Position numbers and translations under genes: made by a program
Notes under the pieces: generated by a model
What the model was told of the DNA's origin: nothing
Database searches by the model: none
Seen by the model: only the letters and a program-made list of their open reading frames with translations
NCBI RefSeq assembly: GCF_001194135.2
Contig: NC_068987.1
Coordinates: forward strand, 74,779,957 to 74,843,739
DNA from: Octopus bimaculoides
Lineage: Eukaryota
Reading direction: 5' to 3'
Length of the DNA stretch: 63,783 nt
In this document: positions 1 to 13,400 of the stretch, in pieces
Numbering within the stretch: the stretch's first letter is position 1
Layout: every line of letters begins with the position of its first letter

Positions 1-3000
1 ACCAATGCAAGATTTGGATTGTCCGCGTTTAGCTGTTATTTCTAGCATATCAAGTTTCGTGGTGGGGACTCCACATGTAATCCTTTTTATGTTTCAATAT
101 AAATGTAAGCCGTTCATTTTCACATCTAAGTTGCGAGAAGGCTATTCGTACGACCTGGACATGTAGAACACAATGTCAAAAATGAAAATCGTATATTGGA
201 ATTATGTATTTTTAAAATTATTTTTACTGATTAGAACCTGACTTCTTTTCTCCCCCTCAAACGTGTAATTTGTTGGATCGTGTACTTTTTAATAGCATTG
301 TGTATATATTAATAATATTTACTGTAATTTTGTTTTCATGTGACATTATTTTCGCTCATCTACTTATCTGTTTTCGTGTTTGGCAAAGGTATGAACGGAA
401 CCAGAATGCAATTTCTCGCTTTCCTTAAACTCGTATTGCCACATAATCTGAAAATTCTGTGTGGTCCCTCTCAGCTCTTTATTTATTTACTTGCGGTTGC
501 AATCAGAAAAGCAACGACAACGCATTATTCCATTGTCATGTTATCGGTATCAAATCGATCGTTCATACCGATTATATTTGAACCATACCGCCCAGCTCCG
601 CGTCTCTCTCTCTCTCTCTATTTATCTATCTATCTATCTCTTTTACATGCATGCATTGGTTAAGAAGCTTACTTCGCAACCATGTGGTTTCGAGTTGAGC
701 TCACTCGCGGCACATTGAGCAAGCGTCTTATACTATAGCCCCTGGTTGACCAATGCCTTGTGAGTGAATTCGGTAAACGAAACTGTGTGAAAGCCTGTCG
801 TGTGTGTGATCCATCGTTTGATAACCAGTATTGGTTTGTTTGCGTTCCCGTAAACTAGCTGTTCGGCAAAGGAGAAATCGATAGAATTAAGTATCAGACT
901 TCAAAATAGTACTGGGATCGATTTGTCCCACTAAAACTTTTCATTGTGGTGCCCAAGCATGGCCGTCGACCATTGAGTGGAACAAAAGATTAAGGACATT
1001 GCGCGCGCGAGAGAGAGTGTTTGTGTAATGAGTACAGGGATGTGTAGCTATATTCTCCGAGCTTTAAGGGAGATAACTCTATTCGCCAATCGTTTAGAAT
1101 TCTGCGATACTACTCCATCACCACCACCGAGTAACGAAGCCATAGGAAAAGCAGAGTTAGGTTTACATGAGATCAAGCGCAGGAAGTGCATTTAAGTACA
1201 AATGCAACGAACCAAAATACAAATTTCGTGTTTATGTTGATTTTTCTTTGGAAATTGAGAATTAGCTTGAATGAATTCGACTTCAACGTATAAATGATAC
1301 CTATTTTATCGACATGAGACCATGTCAACTGCTGTTTTATCGATTCCCAGAATGATGAAAGGCAATATTGACCATAGCAAGATTTGAACTCAAAATGTAA
1401 AGATCTAGAACAAATACTTCAATCTAGAATATTGAGAGAGCATCTTAGTAATCTAATCGATAGTGCATTGTTGATATTGATACTGTAATTTATTGGTATT
1501 AATGTACCCCATTAGATTCGTTAGCATTTTCTATTGCTCTATCAAATCAGTCTGTGTGTATGTTACCACTGCAAGCAATCAACTTTACTTTAGTTATTTG
1601 ATCAACTACATAATATGATCATTAAGTTATTTGTGTAAGTGGCTGAGTATTCCAAAGAAACTTGTCCCCTTTATAGTCCACAGGTAGAATCACTGTTAGT
1701 GGTGTCACATAGTTGGATCTTTGAATTACAGATACAATCCATATAATAGGCTTCTGCACAGTTTTCGTCTATCTTAATTTCACTCACATGATATGGATCA
1801 ACTCATGGCCAAAAGACACTTGTCCAGGACACCACACAGTGGGAATGAACTCCAGGCTTCATTTTGCAAAGAGAACTTCCTAACCATTCAACCATGCTGT
1901 GGCCATACATTTAGAAATGTGTACAGTCATAAATGCACTCATTTTTTTTTTCAACCTTCAAATCCTTAAAGCTAATCATTCAAATACAAGTTATCACTAG
2001 TTACACAGAGTCAAGCAGTTGATGTTTAAATCTCTTTATTTGATCTGTGTGTATCCTTAATAGATAAATATTCTAAACAATCTTTGAAGATTGCTTTCTG
2101 GAATAGAACGTTAGATCAGTTACAACTGTCACTCACAAAATGGTTAATTATTCTCTTTATTAAAACAAACAACAATATCAACATTCACAACACATGTTAT
2201 AATTCACAACGTATCATTCTAAGCTTAGTTGCTCTTCAGTATTATACTGTATAATAAAGTTTGTAAGTTGTTTACGCTGCATTACAAAGGTTATGGACAT
2301 ACCTAACTTTTATACCTCTATTTTATAAAGTTATAAATACTCCCAGATGGTAGCCATGTGGTGTAGATGGTTTATCTCTTTAACTGCATTTCATTAGAAA
2401 CAGGCTCCTGTCTCTGTCTATTATCTATACTGTTAAACATTGTCTGCTAATAGCACCACTTACATTTCCCTAGCGATGAGAACATCTGACCAGTTTGTGA
2501 CTGAGTGCAAAAGAAAAGAAAAAAGTACAGAAAATAAACTACATCTTCTAAAACCAAATTGCAATTTTATTCTTATTCTTGAGGAATTCTATCATCATCA
2601 TCGTCATTATCACGATTTTAACATCTGTTTTTTTATTTTTATTTATTCTGTTTTGTTTTTTCTGTGCAGGGTATCTTTGAAATCTATCCAATGGGTTATG
2701 AGTCTGCATACAATACATCATCTTTTTACAATGTTCACCACTACTCTACCAGTTTTTCTAAGTGCATTCTCTACTCTGTATGTGTGTGTGTGTGTGTGTG
2801 CACATGTTTGTGGATACATATGGATAGAGAGATACATATATCTACCCTTCTACAAGCACCCATCTGCTCTGACCCAGAACACTTCTTTTACAAAGTGAGC
2901 TGCTATGCAGTTGGTCCATTTTCTAGAAATATTAACCATGTCTGTATCAGATCACTGCTAAACAGCTTTACTGTGTCTGGGAAAAAGTGATGTGATGGAA

Positions 3001-4422
3001 CATTTTGGGGCATATGGGTGCAGGTGTGGCAGTGTGCAGGTGTGGCAGCTTGCTTCCCAACCACATGGTTCTGGGTTCAGTCCCACTGCATGACACTTGG
3101 GGCAAGTGTCTTCTACTATAGCCTTGGGCCCACCAAGGCCTTATGAGTAGATTTGGTAGATGGAAACTGAAAGAAGCTTGTCATATATATGTGTGTGTGT
3201 CTTTGTGTCTGTTCCCCCACCACCACTTGACAACCAGTGCTGGTGTGTTGACGTTCCTTTAACTTAGTGGATTAGCAAAAGAGACTGATAGAATAAGTAC
3301 TAGCTAGGCTTAAAAAATAAGTCCTGAGGTCGATTTGTTTGACAAAAACTTTCATGGCAGTGCTCCAGCATGGCCGCCGTCAAACAACTGAAGCAAAGGC
3401 CCCTAAACAACTACAGCAGCAACACCCTTTTCACCAATGATGCCTGCACCATTAATTTATATTGCATGTTACATATCTATACCAGTGTTTTTCAGTATTT
3501 CACTGCAGAAATATATAATAACAAAGAGAGTGTGTTGGATTTCTTTTTGTCTGTCTGTATGTCAATATCTATTAACCTGACTTTTTCAATGGCTACATCA
3601 TCATCATTTAACATCTGTTTTCTATGCTAGTCGGAGTGCTGCACCAGGTTCCTGTCTGTTTTTGTTTGGTTTCTACAGCTGGATGCCCTTCTTAATGCTA
3701 AACAGTCCACTGAGTGTACCAGGTGCCTTTAACATGTCGATGACACAGGTGCCTTTCATGTGTCACCAGCACTGGCCATGACTACTATTTCACTAATCTT
3801 CTCAAGTACAGCAAATGCCCACAATCTTGGTCATTGTCATTGCCTCCGTGAGACTCAAAATCTGAAGATGATATTTCACCACTTCATCCCATGTCCTCCT
3901 AGGTCTACATCTTCCACAGGTACCCTGCACAAATATTTCATTATTGAACAGATAGTTGGAATAGATTCCAGCTTCCCCATCAGAAAAAGCCATTTGGCCC
4001 AAGCAAACATTTGAAACATAGATGTAAGACAGTAATAAACACAAAAATAAACGATATATTTAATGATCACAATCAGTGCATGGTTGTTTATCATTGTTTA
4101 ACTCTAAGCTAGCTCTGGTCTGGTTGAGTAGACCTAATCAAAGGCATCACATCCATATCCACTTCATGCTGTTTTCGCTGACTCTCTAGAACTGTATTAC
4201 CCTATGTACCCCCCCCCCTACACAGACAGACACCCTTTTTGTTTTCTTTAGATGTCTATTTCTTGAAGATCCAATCATTGCTTAGAAGTTGCCACTTGGC
4301 TCATTTGTGCCCTTATTTCTTGGTAAAGAAGATTCTTCTACAATACAATAGGTTGGGGGGTGAGGGGAGGGGGTTCATAACGTTTATGCTAAATATTTTC
4401 TTTTTTAATTTTATTTTTACAG

Positions 4423-4492
4423 AACATGGTCTTTGCATGATATTTGTTATGCTCCTTCATCAGATATATTTGTGCAGCCATATCTTGAGAAA
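4423..4492 (+). CDS. ptc: ptc exon A (first visible)
   Basis: tttacag|A ACA TGG... [23 protein letters not shown] |gtaagt; 70 nt, equivalent to human exon 4 (QWKLEHLCYK...). Confidence 0.9.
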
Positions 4493-7400
4493 GTAAGTAT
4501 CTCTGATTATTTCATGCAACTCAACTTCACAGACAATATCTACATTGATGTAACTAATGAAAAAACATATATATTCTTTTACTTCATTGTCTAAGTAATT
4601 TTGCAGCAAATCAATCTAATCAGCTGTCGAACGCCGACGAAGGGAAATAACCCTGAAATCCGGATACGTTCGTGCTGCTGATCAAGGTGAGAGGGATAAC
4701 TTCCCTTGGCAAACAGGACACAGTCGTGTGTCGATAAGCCAGCTGGAGGAGATGTCCTCCTGGGGCTAAAAGCAACAGTAACATCCACCCCTAGGGGTCA
4801 GCCACACTTAAGTGGCAATATACTACACTTTATCGTGCAGTTACTGTTAATACTTCATTTAGAGAATTAACATTGCTTGTTTTCACCTTTTCAATATCAG
4901 TGAAGAATTTCACTGGAAAAGAAGATATAAGGTTTGCCAGGTTTTTGTCTCTCTCACCAAGGTCATCAGCTGTCGAACGCCGANNNNNNNNNNNNNNNNN
5001 NNNNNNNNNNNNNNNNNNNNNNNNNNNNNNNNNNNNNNNNNNNNNNNNNNNNNNNNNNNNNNNNNNNNNNNNNNNNNNNNNNNNNNNNNNNNNNNNNNNN
5101 NNNNNNNNNNNNNNNNNNNNNNNNNNNNNNNNNNNNNNNNNNNNNNNNNNNNNNNNNNNNNNNNNNNNNNNNNNNNNNNNNNNNNNNNNNNNNNNNNNNN
5201 NNNNNNNNNNNNNNNNNNNNNNNNNNNNNNNNNNNNNNNNNNNNNNNNNNNNNNNNNNNNNNNNNNNNNNNNNNNNNNNNNNNNNNNNNNNNNNNNNNNN
5301 NNNNNNNNNNNNNNNNNNNNNNNNNNNNNNNNNNNNNNNNNNNNNNNNNNNNNNNNNNNNNNNNNNNNNNNNNNNNNNNNNNNNNNNNNNNNNNNNNNNN
5401 NNNNNNNNNNNNNNNNNNNNNNNNNNNNNNNNNNNNNNNNNNNNNNNNNNNNNNNNNNNNNNNNNNNNNNNNATATATATATATATATATATATACGTGG
5501 CTTAGTGGTTAGAGTATTTGGCTTACAATCATAAGGTTGTGAGTTCAAATCCTAGTAACCTGTATCCTTGAGCAAGACACTTTATTTAACATTGCTCCAG
5601 TCCACTAAAATGGCAAAAATGAGTAGTATCTGAATTCAGTATTTCAAAAGGCCAGCCTTGTCACATTCCGTGTCATACTGAATCTCCCTGAGAACTACGT
5701 TAAGGGTTCACATGTTTGCTCAGCCACTTGCATGTTAATTTCAGAAGCATGCTGTTCTGTTGGTCAGATCAACTAGAACCCTCTTCATTGTAAGTGACAG
5801 AGTGCCAATTTTATATATATATATATATATATATATGACAGGCTTCTGAACAGTTTCTACCTACTAAATCTCTCTTGCAAGGCTGTAGTAGATGACATGA
5901 CACATGCATAAGGTGTTATGCAGCAAGACTGACACAAAGCTACGTACTTTTCATATTTCATGGCAAGTCTCTAGAACTACACAAGGCAACATGAGATAAC
6001 AATCGCGATTCCTCTTGAAACTATCCACTACCTTACATTATAGAAATGACCAGTCATATTGGTTGAGTAGCTAAAATAATATTAAGTTCATCTCTCATCA
6101 TTTCCACTACACTGTAATCATGACTTGAGAGCAGACAGGAAGACAGTGGTAGAAAGATTTTATGTGGTGGTTTGCAGTGCCAGGAAGAAAGAACTTCAAT
6201 TCTCTGACCACCTGATCCAGTTTTTTTATTCTTTTACTTGTTTCAGTCATTGGATGGCATCCGTGCAGGAGCATCACTTTCAAGAGTTTAGTTGAACAAA
6301 CTGGGTTCAGTCCCACCACTTTGGCACTTTGAACGAATGTCTTTTGCTGTAGTCTCAGGTCAATCAGTAATTCATGCATGGAATTTGGTTGATGGAAACT
6401 TACAGAAGCTTGTCATGGTGTTTGCATGTATTTATACTGTTTACATTTATATTCTGTAGCTTAGCAGTAAAAAAAAAAACAGATTAATAAGTACAGGGGA
6501 CAATGTCCTCATGATCATCGTCGTTTAACGTCCGCTTTCCATGCTAGCATGGGTTGGACGATTTGACTGAGGGCTGGTGGACCAGGAGGCGACACTAGAC
6601 TCCAATCTGATTTGGCAGAGTTTCTACAGCTGGATGCCCTTCCTAATGCCAACCACTCTGAGAGTGTAGTATTCGAGAGTGTGATCTATTTAATTCTTAA
6701 AGGTGGTGCTCCAGCATGGCTACAATGCAGTGACTGAAACCAGCAAAAAAAAAAAAAGAAGTTTTTAATTAATCTAATTGGAATATTTTAGTGATCTAAC
6801 TTCAAATACTTGTTTATTATTTCACTGGGATTTTAACAACTAATTTTTTTCCTTCTTTTCTCGATAGATTCTGACTGACTTGTTACCATGTATGATTATA
6901 AGTCCTTTGGATTGCTTTTGGGAAGGAGCAAAGCTTTTTGGACCTGAAAATCATTTGTCTATAATGTAAGTAAACTATTTCTCTCAATTTTTAATTAAAT
7001 ATTGTTTTAACATCTTTGCTTGTATAAGTTGTTGGGCCTACCATGTCTTGATTTCATCTTTTCTTGTCTTTATCCTGCACCACTTCATATCATCATCGTT
7101 TAACGTCTGCCTTCCATGCTAGCATGGGTTGGACGATTTGACTGAGGACTGGCAAGCCAGAAGGCTGCACCAGGCTCCAATCTCATCTGGCAGAGTTTCT
7201 ACAGCTGGATGCCCTTCCTAATGCCAACCACTCCGAGAGTGTAGTGGGTGCTTTTACGTGCCACCAGCATGAGAGCCAGTCACACGCACAAGGGCCAATG
7301 GCCATTTTCTTCAGTCCTGCATCATCTCAATTGCGAGGGCTAGCATCGAAAGATCTCTCCTCACCAATTTCTTCTACCCCCTCATCTTCTTCAGTCTTCA

Positions 7401-10400
7401 TACCTTTCTCTGTCAATAAGTGCTCTCCTCCTCTACTGACGGCACACACCACTTTTTCACTAACAGTTTATTGTCTATTCCCATTGCATGTCCTTACCTA
7501 CACATGTGTTTGATATTTAGTGTGCTCAATACAGGAACCCCTACAAAGATTGTTAGAACTAGCCAAAGGATGAAAAGCAATGTCGACCTCAGCAGAATTT
7601 GAACTCAGAATATCAAGATGGAGGAAATACCACTAAGCATTTTTCCCAGTGTGCTAACGATTCTGCCAGCTCACCACCTTCAGAAATAATGCCAAATCTT
7701 TCTCATATCATACACTAAAGTACTACTGATTGAGGATGATGGGTTGGTCTAGGGCTATAAATAGATGACACTTGCCAAATGTGCCATGCAGTGGGACAGA
7801 ACCCAAAACCTTGTGGTTGAAAAGCAAACTTAACCACCCAGCAGGTCTACAATACTCTGTCATTTCATCACATTAACATGGGTGGTAGCTTAATCTATTA
7901 TTCTCACCATTACCTGTTGTTTTATCCCATGACAATCCTGAACCAACAGACCTGTGATCTGTGATTCCCAATGTGGGGCATGGTAATATTTTGGTGAGGC
8001 ATGCATAGGGTTATGTTGAATTTTTATACCTTTTGTACACAATGTTTAGTATACCAATAGAGAAAGGGGGCAATTTGAGAATAAGTTATTAAAAAACAAA
8101 ATTTTTTACATCCCTTCTGCGGACGATTTTATCAAATTTTGGACACTTTAGAGGCAACAGGTCGTTTTCATCTTATTCATTGATCACAGGTAATGATGAA
8201 CTGTGACTTTCCCATATTGTTTTAAGGCATTGAGATGTGATTTATAAAAAGATTTGTTTGCTATTTCTAGCTGGTTGAGTAACTACACAGAGGCTTTTTT
8301 TGTGAATATATCAGGAGTATAGCAGTGAACCCAATCAGTGCTCAACCAGCACCAGAACACACCCACTATATTTTTCCTATGTACTTTGCTTTTTCTTTTA
8401 GCCTTTTGCACTGCATCCACCCCTTTGCCCTTGCTGATTCTCCCTCCCCTTATCTTACATTCTCTTTTTAAATTACCACATCATCATCATCACTGACAAC
8501 TCCCACCTCTACACTAGTCCATCTAGACCACCAAGTAAGAATGGTACCCCACCCATTATTTTTTCGACATCGCCACTACTACTACTACCATCACTAGGAT
8601 TTCTAGCTTTCAACCAAGCAGTCAAGGTTCAAGTCTTAGCAAGGGAGCTAGATTCAATGAGCCAATGAAGTCAAATCTCACATGCCTTACCCACCATTTC
8701 TTGTGAAGATGCTACTGATAAAAACTACCTGTATTTCATCACTCTCTCTATTAGAAACAATAACCAATTCTCACTCAAATTATACCCTCTGTCTTTAAAA
8801 AAAAAAAAAGGAAAATATTTCCATTGGTCATAGTGCCTCTCTATCAGGATTGATTCGTGACAATAACACCACCATTATCAGTGCAAAGGTTTGTGTGTGG
8901 CAAATCAATCTATTTGAAAATACTAGCAACATCACTAAATCACAACATTAATAAAAGACACTGCAAAATGTAGTGACTGAAATAGAGAAACTAGATAGGT
9001 ACAACTGGAATGACTCCTCGCATAAGTAGGTCTACTGGATCAGTTTTCACCTGGGGCTAAACAACAACAGCATACTACCACTTCAAGGATATGTAGGTAA
9101 CAAATAATGCCATAAGCAGACCGCTGCTGCTGTCACTATAATCCTCCTCCTACTACTACTACTACGACTACTGCTACTTCCTCTACTGCTGTTTGTACCA
9201 CCAGTTTGGTCTGACTGATTAACCCTGATACTTTTATGGGTTTTCTCTCACTCTTTCTCCTTCCCTTCTCTTCATGCCTGCTGAAATGCCCCTTCACTCC
9301 TTACCTATACAGCTCAGCTTAGCTTAGGTGCCTGCCACCACTATTCACCATCATGGGTGGTCTACACAGATTAAAAAATACTGTTGCTGTTGCTACTACT
9401 ATTAATACTACTATTGCTACTACTACTAAGTAATTATAATGGTTTCTGATTGAGGCTCCAGGATGGGAATTTTGAGGGAAGACAGCTAATTGATAACCAT
9501 GAACTTCAATACTTGACAAGTACTTTGGTTTATAAGATTCCAGAAGGATGAAAGGTGGAATTGATCTTGGTAAGAATTGAACTCTGAATCTAAAGAGCTG
9601 GAACAAATACCACATTTTGGTTCAATGCTCTAATCATTCTGCCAATCTGCCACTTGACTATCAAGTTTTTATTCACCAGACATACATAGGTATTTTTCCA
9701 GAGGTATGGCAACCAGGAATCAATGACAAAACCTGTAGTGGATGTTCAGCTTGCTAGAAATAGCAGTCAGAATTCCTTCAAAATACACATCTTAATAAAA
9801 GAAAAGGACATTCGATTTAAGTGTAGATGTGACTAAGTGGTTGAATAGTTTGCCTCCTTACCTCATGGTTTCAGGTTCAATTCCACTGTGTGGCACCTTG
9901 GATGAGTGTCTTCTAATACAGCCCTTGACTAACCAAAGCTTTGTAAGTGGATTTGGTGAATTTGTAACTGAAACGGTTATGTGTATGTGTGTGTGAGAGA
10001 GAGCTTGTATGTTTCTATATTCTTGTCTTAACATCTTGTGATAAGTGTATATGAGTGCCACTGTTACAGAAACAGTGTCATTGAGATAGACAGACAGACA
10101 GACAACTATGTGCATGTCAGCATGTGTATATCTCTGTATGTCCTATCTATGTGTCTCTAATAGCCATCTTGTGTCTAAAACATTTAGTTGGCAGATAAAA
10201 TGTTTTGCAGTATTTATTGTGGCTTTCTAAACTCCTGAGTTTAAATTCCTCTAACATCAACTTTACTTTCCATCTTTTGTGGTTAATAAAGTAGCACTAG
10301 TCCAGTACTAGAGTTGATTCCCCCACCTTCTCTTTCTCTCTCTCTCTCTCTCCTTCTGTGTGTGTGTGTGTGTGTAGGTAAATTGGCAATGTTCAGACAT

Positions 10401-13400
10401 GTCATGATGTCCTCCTAATGGCTCCATCAGGAGTCAAAGGCTCCAATGAAAGAAGGATCTGCTAATCTATCCCTGTCCAAAGTCTTTTATAGGTCACATG
10501 TTTACTGTTGCTGGACCAAGGGAAGTAAGCATGAGTCACTATAGAATTTTAACGCATTACACTTCAAAACGCTCATACTAGTACACACACCTACTTACAC
10601 CTGTTGTGCATACAAAGAGATACATTTTAACCTCATGGATGTTTAAAGTGTTTACAAAGGAAGTACCAATAGTTCGATATCAGACATCTACATTATGTCC
10701 ATAATAATGTCTTATGGTTTTTGAATTATCAAAACATGTCCATGCCTCTTGTATCTGCAACCTCACTTCATTTGTTTATATTAAACTATAGGCATGAATG
10801 AACTTCAATGTGGTCATATGATTTGCTAGAAACGACAACCAAATCTCAAAACACTCTCTTTATTGAGTGATATAGTTTGGTGCACACTGTAAAGAAAATT
10901 GATATGGCTAAGGATGATACATGTTTAGTGATAGGTCTGGTCAATTCATACAGCCTTCATGCTACCCCTGCCCAAAATACAACATGTATAGGTCTGGTCT
11001 CATGCAAACACACACACACACACACTCGCACATGAAGTAAGGTATTTCTTTTGCTGTGTATTTCTGCTATATTGTCATTTCTGTTGTTTTGATTATTCCG
11101 CAGGAAATATTCCAACAATGTTAAATGGACCAACTTAAATCCAAGAGAAATGGTTGAAAAATCAGATATCAGTAACAGGGATGTCATACTGGATGTAATG
11201 GATCGAGTAAGTGTCTATTTCTTTTCTTCTCACTCTTCTTTCTCATCTTTTCCTCCCTTCTCTCTCTGTTTCTTCCTCTTTCTCTCTTTGTATCTTGACA
11301 GAGGGTATTGACACTTCTCATACATACCGTATGTCAACTGTGCCAAACATAAGACCACTAGACTGAAATCTGGCCTGCAGTAATAATATTTAGTATCATT
11401 GGTTACAAGTTTCCAACAGACCAACCAAACAATGATTCAGAGTACTCAAAAATGTAGAGTTTACTTTTATTTAAATATATGCTTTATGCTTGTACAGTTT
11501 CAAGTTTTCTTTAACTCCCTTCAAGGGACATTACATTCTGATTACTTTGTCAAATTCACATTATTTTCAATTAATCATGCATTATGTTGTGATTGCTTAT
11601 TTTCAAGGATGACATTGTAGGATAAGTGTGAGGGGCTAACTCTAGCCAATTTGAATATAAAATAGGTAGAATATTTAGGTCAGATATATTTAAATGCTAA
11701 AAGGCTGAAGTGACTTTCTTACTATGTTTAATCTTTCATCTTTTCGTCAATCAGTCTATCAAATAACTCTGAGTGGCAACAGACTGAATAACCAACTCCA
11801 AAATGAGCATGTATGTGAGGAGTGTACGCTTTTTTAGTAGGTCTGCCTGTATGAGAACTGCCCTTGCTAGATCACTATGTTTCATATAGAAAGATATGCT
11901 AGTGTCCAAGGATCCAGTTGTGTTTGAACTCACATTTATGATCTCTAAACTATGTTTTGTGTTCTCTGTCTGTCTCTCTTTCTTTTGGTTTCCAGATGTT
12001 CCATACATCTAAGCAATCTTATCCATCCACCAACCAAAATTCCATATCTGTTGCCTTACATTTAAAATTAAGGGCATTTACAGCTCCTTACTATTGTTTC
12101 TTGTATTAGAGATCCTTTTCCCATTTTTTCTACTACTGTTATTCCCAAATCCACATGAATCCCAGGATAGGACCAAGTAACACCAAGACAAAAGAAAATG
12201 GTGATCCCCCCAAACTTACTTCTAACATCTGACAAAAGGGCCTGTTTATTTATTTATTCGTTTTCTCCCTGGAGGTGCAGTTTTACAAGATCTTGACAAG
12301 GATGTTTATATCCTGAGGTCGCAAATCTCTCAACCTCAACCTTCTTTACACACCATCTGGCACCCACCAGCCTTTACACCTCTATAGCACCACCACTGCC
12401 ACTTGACTTCCATGCCACTAGCAATCATCTACACCATTACAACAACACTCCATTACCATCTCCACCACTGCAAATGTCATTCTTAACATGCTCACCACCT
12501 CTACTATCACCATCACCAACACTACCACCTCCATCACAACCACTACTGCCAACCATCCACCACCACTATCACTTCCATCATCACTGCTACCATCACCAAT
12601 AGTGCTGCCATGATCACTACCATGTCCGTCATCATTGCTTGTCATCACAAATGGTAACTGTACCCCCCACCACTACATTAAGCAGCATGGCTAACATCAC
12701 TATTACTACCACCACAATTACCTTCATATCTACTACCACCTTTGTAACTACTGCCACAAACACTACTACTACTACTACTACAGCTGTAACGGTCGCCAGC
12801 AGTATACTACCACTACAACAATCACTACTACTACTACAACCATCAGTGGCATACCACCACTCCCTCCACTATCATTGCCTCCACTCTTTTTATTCCCAGT
12901 GCCCAGTCTTTTTGTTTATGCACCAGTGTCCCCTATTTCCTGTTGTAATTTTAAATGGTCTTTCCTACTCCTCCTCACCCTAACACAGCCTATCAGAGAG
13001 GAAGGGACATCTGGAAAAAAAAGATACCCCCCCCCACTCTTGCTGCCTTTATTCATTGGCTGTGTGTGTGTGTGTGTGCACATGTGTATGTACATGTGCA
13101 CACGTACATAAACACACATTAATCAAATGTACACACACCTATGCTAATTACATTTATACACCCAAATCAGTGATGGGAGTGGAGGGAGCAGCAATTTGGT
13201 TACTCAACCTGTTAGAAATAGTAGCCAAATCTCCCTCAAAATCATACACGTGTTTTTATAGAGGACAAAAGACATTAGATAATGTTCTCCTACATACAGC
13301 TAAAAAAGACAAAGTGGTGAGGAATTTGGAATTTGATGATGTCTGTTTGATAAGGGTTTGGTCAAATTGACAGTCATTAAAACATCAGGTATTTTTCGTT

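Noticed and set aside
340-663. ORF beginning ...GKGMNG...LCG...LAVAIRKA as a possible ptc exon 2
   Set aside because: The resemblance to GKATG...NCGK...FAVGLKA is superficial: spacings differ, the conserved LW(V/I)E end is missing, there is no compatible splice pair, and it runs into a (TC)n tract.
2670-2778. Exon-like segment (tgtgcag...gtatgt)
   Set aside because: No Patched similarity in any frame, and its phase-0 end cannot join exon A, which needs phase 2.
4930-4969. Antisense CTGATGA inside the 346-nt unit (possible opposite-polarity ribozyme)
   Set aside because: No stem II plus GAAA, and no NUH arrangement follows.
5497-5560. tRNA-like sequences (also 38995-39060 and 56600-56670)
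   Set aside because: They have A/B boxes but no complete cloverleaf and continue into repeated SINE bodies.
7832-7840. AACCACCCA as a GLI-like site
   Set aside because: It falls in the head of a minus-strand SINE copy, so it is repeat-derived; other one-mismatch sites in CAC-rich tracts were also ignored.
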